From Candidatus Krumholzibacteriales bacterium (GTDB lineage: Bacteria > Krumholzibacteriota > Krumholzibacteriia > Krumholzibacteriales > WJIX01), in NCBI GenBank assembly GCA_046483305.1, contig JAWODM010000062.1:1-64000 (forward strand): a stretch of 64,000 nt of DNA. The letters run 5' to 3'. Numbering within the stretch: the stretch's first letter is position 1; every line of letters starts with the position of its first letter. Both the position numbers and the translations under genes were made by a program. The notes beneath the pieces are model-generated. The model was not told the DNA's origin and did no database searches. It was given only the letters and a program-made list of their open reading frames with translations. This document shows positions 21,042 to 29,389 of the stretch, one piece after another.

Positions 21042-23513
21042 ATGGCCAGGATTGTCAGATATTGCACAATAACCGCCATTCTACTGATTATCGTTCTCAA
21101 CTTCCTTGGCGCGGCCGATTTCCTGGAATCGCCGTATACCGGCATAAGACACCACAACATGAAAATTACCAAGATATATGAGCCTAACGAGGATTCTCCT
21201 ATTCAAAGAGGTGATAAAATAGTCGAAGTGGATGGCGTAAGGGTAAGAAATATAAACCATTATAGGTATCTAATGAGTCTCAATCAAGAACACGAGCCTT
21301 TCACTTTCACCGTTGAGAGAAACGATTCGCTTTTCTACAGCAAAATAGAGGTCAGGGAACAGACGTTGGGTGAGATACTGCCCAGGTTCGGCCTGATGAT
21401 ATCCGGTTTCACCTTTCTGTTGGTAGGACTGATAGTTCTGCTCAAGAGGCCTGATATAATGGGGATGCTTTTTTCCGTGGATTGTGTGTTGATAGCATTT
21501 CTTCTGACGGTAAGGCCTGCGGTTCCCTTCCCCTTACTTCATATAGCCGGAGAACTGATATATGACCTTGTCTTTATATTCCTGCCGGCGGTATTTCTGC
21601 ATTTTTTCCTGATGTTTCCCGGGCGGGAAATAGAGTACGGAACCAGGAGATTCAAACTGGAAAGATGGATGTACCTCCCCCCTGTCTTCATCTACCTGGT
21701 GAGCTTTGTACTGGCGCTTGCCAATTACTCGACCACCGTCAGTGATTCGGTAATATATTTTCATGAGACCATAACCTCCATATACTGGTTTTCATACATG
21801 TTGCTGTGCCCGGTTGTTTTTATACGCACCTACCTCACTTCTTCCAGAGCGCTTAAGATAAAATTCAGGATCGTTACCATAGGGCTGGTTGCCGGGTTGC
21901 TGCCTGTGATATTTCTGGTGCTGCTCATGCAGTTAAATCAGTCCTATATATCCCATCACAAATCTCTCAACCTTGCAGGGATGTCCCTTTCCTTCATATC
22001 GATCTCGTTCGGTTACGCCATCCTCAAGCATAATGTGTTCAATATAAAATTGATATTCAGAGGAGGCGCGGACCTGGTCCTTCTGGTTATAATAGCGGCG
22101 CTGTTGTACTTCCTGTTCAAATGGTTCGATGGTTCCGGCATCAGGAGCGCATTGGGGATTAATAATTACCTTTTCTATGCCGCGGCCATAGTTATCCTGG
22201 CGGTCGTCATGTTCTTCCCCGCAAGGTTATATATATCCAATATGTTCGACAGTTATTTCCACGACAGGCAGGCCGCGGTCCTTTCGAGGAAGGACTATAT
22301 AGAGTTTTCCAGGGATCTGAGGAGCTGCGAGACGGAACAGGCCGTATTGCGGAGAGTTGCCGACGAAATCAGATCTATCTTCGATCCGCTTAATATAATC
22401 ATTTTCATGATGGATGATGACGGCTCCTACAAACTGGAGAATATATATCCCCCGGATATGCATATACCGATAACCGGTATAGCGGCAAACCGGAATATTG
22501 AGAATTTTCTCTACTCCAACGGGTACCCGCTGGTGCTTGAGTATTCCGATTCGATGTGGATAAGCAATAATCTGGACAGGGTGATAAGAGAGCTTATTTA
22601 CAGCGCTTCCAGCTCGGCAATAATTCCCGTAATCAAGGAGCATTTTGTTACGGGGTTCATCCTTCTTGGTCCCAAGCGGTCCGGGAATTTATATAACAGC
22701 GAGGACGCGGACCTGCTCAATTCCATAGCTGAGACTGCGGCCGAAGCTGTCAATAATATCAAACTGTACAGGTCAAGGAGGGAAAAGGAGGAAATGGAAA
22801 GAGATATTGAAATTACCAGCGCCATTCAGAAGAACCTTTTTCCGGAGAGGCCTCCCCTGCTGCGGGGAGCCAGGTTGGGAGCCCGAATAAGGCCCTGCAA
22901 GGGTGTGGGAGGAGATTTCTATGATTTTATAAGAATCTCTCCGGAGGTGACCGTTTTTGTTATATCGGATATTTCGGGCAAGGGTATCCCCGCTTCATTC
23001 CTGATGTCCACTCTGAAGGCCTCCATAAGGGCGGAGGCGAAATTCGACAGAACTCCTTCCGAGGTCGTATACTACCTCAATAATTACCTCTATGAGAGAA
23101 GCGACAGTATCAGGCATGCCACTCTCTTTTACGGCAAGTATAATGAAAGCAATGGATTACTGGACTACTGCAATGCAGGCGCCCTGCCCCCTGTCCTGTT
23201 CCAGCAGGAAGGCCGGCAGATAACCAGGTTGAGAAGAGGCGGTATGCTGGTTGGTATTGAAAAAGGGACTGAATACCTTAACGGCTCCATAGAGATAGAG
23301 CCGGGAGACCTCCTGATAGCTTTTACCGACGGAGTGAGCGAGCTGCAGTACGGCGGAGAATTTTTCGGGATTGAGAGGCTGGTCGAGTTTGTGAGGTCAA
23401 ATATCGATATGCCTGTGGATGATCTCCTGGATAAGCTTTTTCAGAAACTTGACCTTTATTGCCACGGTCGGATTACTGACGATATTACAGCGATGATACT
23501 GAAAAAGCTTTGA
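21042..23513 (+). CDS. PDZ + multi-TM + GAF + SpoIIE/RsbU PP2C phosphatase
   Basis: IQRGDKIVEVDG PDZ, many TM helices, GAF, VGGDFYD, DISGKG, NAG, FTDGVSE, DDIT. Confidence 0.88.
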   Translation: MARIVRYCTITAILLIIVLNFLGAADFLESPYTGIRHHNMKITKIYEPNEDSPIQRGDKIVEVDGVRVRNINHYRYLMSLNQEHEPFTFTVERNDSLFYSKIEVREQTLGEILPRFGLMISGFTFLLVGLIVLLKRPDIMGMLFSVDCVLIAFLLTVRPAVPFPLLHIAGELIYDLVFIFLPAVFLHFFLMFPGREIEYGTRRFKLERWMYLPPVFIYLVSFVLALANYSTTVSDSVIYFHETITSIYWFSYMLLCPVVFIRTYLTSSRALKIKFRIVTIGLVAGLLPVIFLVLLMQLNQSYISHHKSLNLAGMSLSFISISFGYAILKHNVFNIKLIFRGGADLVLLVIIAALLYFLFKWFDGSGIRSALGINNYLFYAAAIVILAVVMFFPARLYISNMFDSYFHDRQAAVLSRKDYIEFSRDLRSCETEQAVLRRVADEIRSIFDPLNIIIFMMDDDGSYKLENIYPPDMHIPITGIAANRNIENFLYSNGYPLVLEYSDSMWISNNLDRVIRELIYSASSSAIIPVIKEHFVTGFILLGPKRSGNLYNSEDADLLNSIAETAAEAVNNIKLYRSRREKEEMERDIEITSAIQKNLFPERPPLLRGARLGARIRPCKGVGGDFYDFIRISPEVTVFVISDISGKGIPASFLMSTLKASIRAEAKFDRTPSEVVYYLNNYLYERSDSIRHATLFYGKYNESNGLLDYCNAGALPPVLFQQEGRQITRLRRGGMLVGIEKGTEYLNGSIEIEPGDLLIAFTDGVSELQYGGEFFGIERLVEFVRSNIDMPVDDLLDKLFQKLDLYCHGRITDDITAMILKKL

Positions 23514-23721
23514 AGGCCATTCTCAATAAGCATTCCTGATTGGCAAAAAAGCAGTTCGATGAATTGAAAATTGCCACGTTCGACCACATTTCAATCTATA
23601 CACAAAGGGCGGACAGTAAAAGTCAGCGGTAACTGCCTATCTCTGTAACATCCTATTATATCTATTAATATATCAGATGTAATCTTCCTTGCACAGCTAT
23701 TACCTTAGCGCTGTCCCATAT

Positions 23722-23736
23722 TGGTATAGTTTATGC
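23722..23736 (+). promoter_or_regulatory. Candidate sigma54 -24/-12 promoter upstream of the small peptide ORF
   Basis: TGGTATAGTTTATGC, GG-N10-GC; shares GGTATAG..TGC with the 10822 element. Confidence 0.45.
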
Positions 23737-23824
23737 CGCTATACCTGAATTAAAGCCTCCAGTTCCGCGCTTACTGACAAAGGGTAGAGCAAATAACCGT
23801 CCTGGAGTATAAGGAGGTGAAAAA

Positions 23825-23878
23825 ATGCTACCGTTATATATATTCTTTATAATTGACCTGTTGTGGTGGTTGCGTTAA
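23825..23878 (+). CDS. 17-aa hydrophobic peptide MLPLYIFFIIDLLWWLR
   Basis: Full-length Shine-Dalgarno TAAGGAGGTGA directly upstream of ATG; followed by a long hairpin. Confidence 0.65.
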   Translation: MLPLYIFFIIDLLWWLR

Positions 23879-23908
23879 GCAGTATTTGGTTGATATTCGA
23901 GATATTAA

Positions 23909-23969
23909 CCTGAATATGAATATTCCCGCTGGTTTGTAGGAGTAAGCCGTCGGGAATATTCATTTCAGG
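23909..23969 (+). terminator. Long hairpin downstream of the peptide ORF (terminator or stabilising stem)
   Basis: CCTGAATATGAATATTCCCG...CGGGAATATTCATTTCAGG plus inner GGTTT/AAGCC; no clear U tract. Confidence 0.55.
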
Positions 23970-24061
23970 ACTGTAAAAATTCTTTATAATATCTAATGTG
24001 CATTATTAAGTCTATTGCGTAGCATACTGATATTATATCCTATTATAATGATAATAAATCC

Positions 24062-24091
24062 TTGACATAGTTTTGCGAGGTTCGATATAAT
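24062..24091 (+). promoter_or_regulatory. Consensus sigma70 promoter
   Basis: TTGACA (24062-24067), 18-nt spacer, TATAAT (24086-24091), AT-rich upstream. Confidence 0.75.
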
Positions 24092-24097
24092 TGATAG

Positions 24098-24266
24098 TAG
24101 GAAAATCATTTGTATAACAGGTGATGTGATTTCAGGGGTTTCAGAACAAAATTTGATGCGGTTTTGCTCTAAGATATGGTTTGTGAGATCCGTGACACGC
24201 CCTATGTTGTACAGGTAGTTTTCTCAGCAGGGGAATAAGGGATTCCGTCTTATTCCCTTTTGCTTT
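24098..24266 (+). ncRNA. Putative rod-shaped small RNA (~165 nt) including terminator
   Basis: Starts after consensus promoter; 24101-24223 folds by eye into a nearly continuous imperfect duplex rich in G-U pairs; ends in a terminator hairpin. Confidence 0.65.
24226..24266 (+). terminator. Intrinsic terminator
   Basis: AGCAGGGGAATAAG...CTTATTCCCTTTTGCTTT stem with T-rich tail. Confidence 0.7.
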
Positions 24267-24315
24267 ATACAGCACTACCCTCCTTATCTACGGCAGTTCC
24301 GGTTGAAGAAGAAAG

Positions 24316-24390
24316 CGCCCCCGGCATGACTCGAACATGCGACACCCGGTTTAGGAAACCGATGCTCTATCCTAACTGAGCTACGGGGGC
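24316..24390 (-). tRNA. tRNA-Arg(CCT), CCA not encoded
   Basis: GCCCCCGTAGCTCAG..., TCGGT-TT CCT AA-ACCGG anticodon arm, GTTCGAGTC. Confidence 0.95.
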
Positions 24391-24448
24391 GGAAGTGAAG
24401 CTTTTTATTATATTAATTACCGGAGCGGCTAATATCAAATAAAATTAT

Positions 24449-24964
24449 TCAATAAGTTATTATGGAAAATATATTTTTTCCCTCCAGAAGATCCCTGCCC
24501 CGCAGGGAGGAGAGTTCTATCAGGAAGCAGAGCTCATCTATCCTCCCTCCCAGATCCTCAATTAATTTACAGGTGGCGGCCGCGGTGCCTCCGGTAGCGA
24601 GCAGGTCATCTATGATCAGTACCTTCTCCCCATTTTCAATCGCGTCGGTATGTATCTCAAGAGTGGCCTCCGAATATTCCAGGGCGTAACTTTCCTTCAG
24701 CGTTTCGGAGGGCAGTTTCCCCTCCTTGCGAACAGGGACCAGGCCGGTCTTTAGGGTGTGCGCCAGTACTGATCCGAAAATGAATCCCCGGGATTCTATG
24801 GCGGCTATCTTATCAATACCGCGATCCCGGTACCTCCTGTGCATTGTCCCGCAAATCTCTCCGAAAACCTCGGGCTCTATAAGAGCCGGGGTGATATCAC
24901 GAAACAGGACTCCCTCTTTTGGAAAGTCCGGTATCTCCCTAATATACTTTCTTATATCAATCAT
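24449..24964 (-). CDS. apt: Adenine phosphoribosyltransferase
   Basis: IPDFPKEGVLFRDIT, IESRGF, YALEY, IIDDLLATGGT. Confidence 0.96.
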   Translation of the reverse strand: MIDIRKYIREIPDFPKEGVLFRDITPALIEPEVFGEICGTMHRRYRDRGIDKIAAIESRGFIFGSVLAHTLKTGLVPVRKEGKLPSETLKESYALEYSEATLEIHTDAIENGEKVLIIDDLLATGGTAAATCKLIEDLGGRIDELCFLIELSSLRGRDLLEGKNIFSIITY

Positions 24965-24982
24965 AAATTCAACCGTCTCCCT

Positions 24983-25789
24983 CTAAGTGTCGCGTTGCGC
25001 ATCCAGAATTGCCTTGAGTTTACGGAGGGCTCTCTTTTCAAGCTGTCTGACCCTCTCTCTGGAAACATTCATTCTTCCTCCGATATCGGCCAGGGTATGC
25101 GGCGCACCGTCCGAAAAGCCGTATCTTATCTTCAGTATAAACTGTTCCCTGTCGGAAAGCCTTTTTATCAGTTCTGACAATTCCTCATGTTCTATCTGGT
25201 TCAGTATTATCTGCTCGGCGTCTATGCTTTCCTCAGCCTTTACGTTATCGGCGAGCTGATTGTACTTGTCTATGGTGTTGGAAAGGTCGAGAGCCCTGAT
25301 ATTCTTAATCAGCTGCTCCAGCGTCTTGAATCTCCTTTCGGATATACCCAGTTCCGCTCTCTTCTCCCTGGCGGTTAAACCCTCCAGGTCAAAATATTTT
25401 ATCATGAGTTTGAAAATATGAATCGGAATTTTCAAGGTCCGGGAATAGTTGGCGACAGCTCTGGAGATATACTGCTTTATCCACCAGGATGAGTAGGTGC
25501 TGAAGCGAAAGCCTCTCTCCGGGTCAAAACGGTCCACCGCCTTGATCAGGCCCATATTACCTTCTTCTATAAGGTCCAGGAATGGAACCGAGTGGTTGGT
25601 ATAAGATTTTGCGATACTTATTACCAGCCTCAGATTCGACAGGATCATCTTCTTTTTCGCCTCTTCGTCTCCTTCCCTTACCCTGATGGCCAGCCGGTAC
25701 TCCTCCTCCCTGCTCAGAGGTGGGTATTTGCTTACCTCCCTGAAATACTTTCTGGAAACGTCTTCAGTATCTCTTCTCTTATTCGCCAT
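24983..25789 (-). CDS. Group 2-like sigma70 factor (RpoS-like, no region 1.1)
   Basis: YFREVSKYPPLSREEE, NLRLVISIAK, DLIEEGNMGL, RFSTYSSWWI, SRERVRQLE; surE-nlpD-rpoS-type synteny. Confidence 0.88.
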   Translation of the reverse strand: MANKRRDTEDVSRKYFREVSKYPPLSREEEYRLAIRVREGDEEAKKKMILSNLRLVISIAKSYTNHSVPFLDLIEEGNMGLIKAVDRFDPERGFRFSTYSSWWIKQYISRAVANYSRTLKIPIHIFKLMIKYFDLEGLTAREKRAELGISERRFKTLEQLIKNIRALDLSNTIDKYNQLADNVKAEESIDAEQIILNQIEHEELSELIKRLSDREQFILKIRYGFSDGAPHTLADIGGRMNVSRERVRQLEKRALRKLKAILDAQRDT

Positions 25790-25845
25790 TCATCCTCCCC
25801 GGCAGAGATGCTGATAAAATAGCCGATACCTGTTTTCAACTCTTA

Positions 25846-26394
25846 TTATAAATCAAGAAACAGTGATGGGTCGAGAGCTTTACTGTATTTTCTGATTTCA
25901 AAGTGAAGATGTATACCCGTGGCGTTACCGCTACTACCCGCTCTTCCAATCTTCTCGCCTCTTTCAACCTGCGTTCCCTCCTTGCACAGAATGGTTGACA
26001 GGTGAGCGTAAACAGTGTGATATCCCCTGCTATGACTTATTATTACAACCTTCCCGAAGCCGCTCTTTCTTCCGGCGAATTCAATCACACCGGGCGCCGA
26101 AGATAGTACCGGCTCCCCCGCCCTGGCCCGGATGTCTATCCCCTTATGGAATTCCCTTATATTATGTCGGGGATTCTTCCTGACTCCGAACCAGCTGGAT
26201 ATCCTGCTCCTTCTCAGATTATAGACCGGCGGAGAAAAGAACCCTTTTTCCGGATGAGGAGCAGGCTGAGGAGTAACCGTTCTGACCCGGGATCTCTCTC
26301 CACCCCGGTATATTGGCGATTCGGTGCAGCCTGAGAAAAGAAGGACTGCAGCCATCGATATCGGCAGGGTTTTCTTTGCGGTGAGTAATCGCAT
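25846..26394 (-). CDS. M23 family peptidase lipoprotein (NlpD-like position)
   Basis: Lipobox LFSGC, HKGID, YAHL, HLHFEIR. Confidence 0.88.
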   Translation of the reverse strand: MRLLTAKKTLPISMAAVLLFSGCTESPIYRGGERSRVRTVTPQPAPHPEKGFFSPPVYNLRRSRISSWFGVRKNPRHNIREFHKGIDIRARAGEPVLSSAPGVIEFAGRKSGFGKVVIISHSRGYHTVYAHLSTILCKEGTQVERGEKIGRAGSSGNATGIHLHFEIRKYSKALDPSLFLDL

Positions 26395-26405
26395 TAATTT
26401 AAAAG

Positions 26406-26483
26406 TGGTCGGGGCGACTGGATTTGAACCAGCGACCTCCTGCTCCCGAAGCAGGCGCGCTAACCGGCCTGCGCCACGCCCCG
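26406..26483 (-). tRNA. tRNA-Pro(CGG)
   Basis: CGGGGCG acceptor stem, CCTGC-TT CGG GA-GCAGG anticodon arm, GTTCAAATC, encoded CCA. Confidence 0.95.
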
Positions 26484-26559
26484 AACCTTTTTATTAAAAT
26501 AAGATATCAATTATTATCGGCTAAAACAAACATTATTAAGCATTAAAAAATATATTAAC

Positions 26560-27048
26560 CTATATTCCCCAGAAAGATATTACTCCCATGCTGGCCAGTG
26601 TAACCACAGTTCCGGCGATCATGATCCCCCCCAGGATAGCCGGAACGGCGTGCTTAAGGGGGATCTTGAACAGAAAGGCGGCTACGCAGCCGGTCCAGGC
26701 TCCGGTTATCGGAAGCGGTATGGCCACGAAGAGTATCAGCCCCACAGCCTCGAACCTTTCCACCATGGCGCTTCTGTTCATGGTCCTGGTAAACAACCAG
26801 GAGAAAAATCTCTCAAAGAGCCTGGAACGCTCCATCAGGAATTCGGATACCCTTCCCAGAAGAAGCAGAATCGGGATAACCGGCACAAAATTCCCCACTA
26901 CTGAAATAATATACGCCCTCTGCCAGGTCAACCCTCTGCTCAGCGCGAAAGGTATGGCGCCCCTCAGCTCCGATACGGGAAGGGTTGAAATGATGAAGGT
27001 AGCCAGTTCGTTCGGAAGGTCGGTCCCTACTGCTGAGGCTATAAACAA
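26560..27048 (-). CDS. COG2426 / small multi-drug export family membrane protein
   Basis: LPVSELRGAIP, LFVAIPLPITGAWTG; GGAG RBS before TTG at 27048. Confidence 0.85.
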   Translation of the reverse strand: MFIASAVGTDLPNELATFIISTLPVSELRGAIPFALSRGLTWQRAYIISVVGNFVPVIPILLLLGRVSEFLMERSRLFERFFSWLFTRTMNRSAMVERFEAVGLILFVAIPLPITGAWTGCVAAFLFKIPLKHAVPAILGGIMIAGTVVTLASMGVISFWGI

Positions 27049-27248
27049 ATTCAGCTCCCGGTTGAATGCGCTTTGAATGAAATCACATGTCCTGCCGCCG
27101 CGGTAAATAACAGAGCGGCCGGGCAATTCAGTTGGTTCAAAAACAAATGAAGCAACAAGGGTTCCAGACAACAATTAAATACAGATAAAAAGAGATTTCA
27201 AGCTTAATAAATATTTATTACAGCCTCGGATTGGGCGATTCAGTTTTA

Positions 27249-28016
27249 TCAGGCCTCATTGAAATCAAGGTTCCAGCTTTCAAGCTCTATCATCATGCTG
27301 TAATCGGTCATTGAGATGGTAAGGGGAGTTATTGATATGTTCCCTGATTTTATGGCATGAAAGTCAGTTTTCTCCTCATCTTTCCACCCTGGATCCCCTC
27401 CCCCGATCCAGTAATATTTTCTGCCCCTCGGATCGAATTTCTCTATTATCAGGTCGTTGTATACCCTGGATCCGAGTTTGGTCACCTTTATTCCTTTTAT
27501 GCTGCTGCCTGGCAAAGGAGGAACATTGACATTCAGAAGCACTTTATGGTCTTTTTCCTCCTCGATTATTTTGCCGGCCAGGTAGGCGGAGGCCTCGGCG
27601 GCCGGCTCGAATGTTCCGCTGCCGTAGGAAGTAACAGAAACAGCCATCGAATCTATTCCGAGTATATGTCCCTCTATGGCGGCACCGACCGTTCCTGAGT
27701 ATATTACATCCTCTCCCATGTTGGGGCCGTCGTTGATTCCGGATACTATAATGGCGGGTTTCTTCTTCATTATCCTGTAAACCGCCATTATGACGCAATC
27801 GGCAGGAGAACCGCTTACGCTGTACCAGGAGTCTCTGTACTCCTTGATCCGGAGAGGGCTGTTAAGCGTAATGGAATGGCTGGAAGCGCTCTGCTCCGAC
27901 TCCGGAGCTACCACGGTCACCTGTCCCAGTGGCGCCAGGCTCTCTGCCAGAATCTCCAGGCCCTGAGCCCCGATTCCGTCATCATTGGTAATCAGTATAT
28001 CTATATCTCTATTCAT
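27249..28016 (-). CDS. surE: 5'/3'-nucleotidase SurE
   Basis: ILITNDDGI, VVAP...QSASSHS, GSPADC, SGINDGPNMG, YSGTVGAA. Confidence 0.96.
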   Translation of the reverse strand: MNRDIDILITNDDGIGAQGLEILAESLAPLGQVTVVAPESEQSASSHSITLNSPLRIKEYRDSWYSVSGSPADCVIMAVYRIMKKKPAIIVSGINDGPNMGEDVIYSGTVGAAIEGHILGIDSMAVSVTSYGSGTFEPAAEASAYLAGKIIEEEKDHKVLLNVNVPPLPGSSIKGIKVTKLGSRVYNDLIIEKFDPRGRKYYWIGGGDPGWKDEEKTDFHAIKSGNISITPLTISMTDYSMMIELESWNLDFNEA

Positions 28017-28060
28017 TGCTGTACATCAAACCCTGTTAAATATTTGCTCAAGGAATGAAT

Positions 28061-28759
28061 TTACCAGAAAACAGACCTGAAAACCAGCGATATAAATCTT
28101 ATGGTGTCTATAAACGGATTAATGCTGCTGGTTTCGTCTTTGTATATTGTGTCAATGGGGATCTCCGATATGATGAATCCTTCCCTGCCCGCCCTTATCA
28201 GTATTTCGCTCTCGGCGTCATAATGGCTGCTGTTCATCTTGTCAAAACGGTTCAGCACCTCGATACTGAGAAGCCGGTAGCCGGACTGGCTGTCTCTTAT
28301 ATGGCTGCCCGACAGCCGGCTGATCACTGACGAGGTTGTTTTATTGGTTAATTTTCTTATCAGAGGCATTCCCTCAATGTCGTGCATCCTGCTTCCAATT
28401 ATTATATCCGCTTCGGTTTCACGGAACTGATTTATAAAATCAGGTATCATAGCGGGATTGTGCTGCCCGTCCGCATCTAAGGCAATAACAGCGGAGATAC
28501 CGGGCCGGGAAGCTGCTTCTCTGAATCCCGAACTCAAAGCGGCTCCCTTTCCGCGGTTGGCGCGGTGCCGGATGACTTTTATCCCAACTGCCGACGCAGC
28601 CTCGGCAGTGGAGTCCGAAGAACCGTCATCCACCACAATAACGTTTCCGGGAGGCAAACCCTGTTCGAGAACACCCTCTATTACGCCCCTGATCTTTCCG
28701 CTTTCATTGAAGGCGGGTATGATTACCGCGATATCGCTGTTATCCCCGGTGCTTCTCAT
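28061..28759 (-). CDS. Glycosyltransferase family 2 (polyprenol-phosphate sugar synthase-like)
   Basis: IIPAFNE, VVDDGSSD, NRGKGAAL, DADGQH, DSQSGYR; start moved downstream of tRNA-Pro. Confidence 0.9.
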   Translation of the reverse strand: MRSTGDNSDIAVIIPAFNESGKIRGVIEGVLEQGLPPGNVIVVDDGSSDSTAEAASAVGIKVIRHRANRGKGAALSSGFREAASRPGISAVIALDADGQHNPAMIPDFINQFRETEADIIIGSRMHDIEGMPLIRKLTNKTTSSVISRLSGSHIRDSQSGYRLLSIEVLNRFDKMNSSHYDAESEILIRAGREGFIISEIPIDTIYKDETSSINPFIDTIRFISLVFRSVFW

Positions 28760-28807
28760 GAGTAATGGAAATGCCCCTATTCTTCCACAGGTACCAGTTG
28801 GTGAAAA

Positions 28808-28884
<77 letters not shown>

Positions 28885-28982
28885 ACTCAGAATTAATCTA
28901 TATCTTATATTGATAAAATACAAGCCAATTTTAAGGATGAAGTCATAACGGGCCGTATAATTGATCGGCAATACGGCGCCGG

Positions 28983-29360
28983 TTAAAGCTTATCCACCAT
29001 TTCCTTCAGTTCGGTGAGATCTTTCTTCAGCGATAAGATGATTTCCCTGTTTTCGGGATCGGAAAACGGGATATTCAGTTGCTGAACCAGAAGGTCAGGG
29101 TTATTATGCGATTCGTTCATTTTCTTCCGGGCGCCGTCTATCTTGTAGCCCCGCTCGTAAAGCAGTGTCTTTATGCTGAGGAGGTACTTGATATCACTTA
29201 TCCTGTAGCTCCTGTTTCCAGCCCTGTTCTTCTTCGGATTCAGCTTGGGGAATTGGGTTTCCCAGTAACGGAGTACATGAGGTTTTACCCCTACCAGTTC
29301 GCTTACCTCCCCGATAGAATAATAAAGTTTAGTCATTGTTCTAGTCATAGTCTGTTTCAC
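28983..29360 (-). CDS. MerR-family HTH protein
   Basis: KLYYSIGEVS...HVLRYWETQF...NRSY...GYKIDGA; MerR-tRNA-Pro-surE neighbourhood. Confidence 0.9.
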   Translation of the reverse strand: MKQTMTRTMTKLYYSIGEVSELVGVKPHVLRYWETQFPKLNPKKNRAGNRSYRISDIKYLLSIKTLLYERGYKIDGARKKMNESHNNPDLLVQQLNIPFSDPENREIILSLKKDLTELKEMVDKL

Positions 29361-29389
29361 CCGGCTAAATTAATAGATTCTTATCCCTC

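Noticed and set aside
23748..23810. c-di-GMP-I riboswitch (AAAGCCTCC resembles part of P2)
   Set aside because: The P1 GNRA stem and GGCAAA/GCAAA elements are absent
23825..23969. trp operon attenuator
   Set aside because: No trp or transporter gene downstream, the hairpin lacks a U tract and no antiterminator overlap was evident; kept only as a peptide gene
23514..24315. Integrated element or CRISPR array at the 3' end of tRNA-Arg(CCT)
   Set aside because: No duplicated tRNA 3' end, integrase, reverse transcriptase or repeat-spacer periodicity was seen
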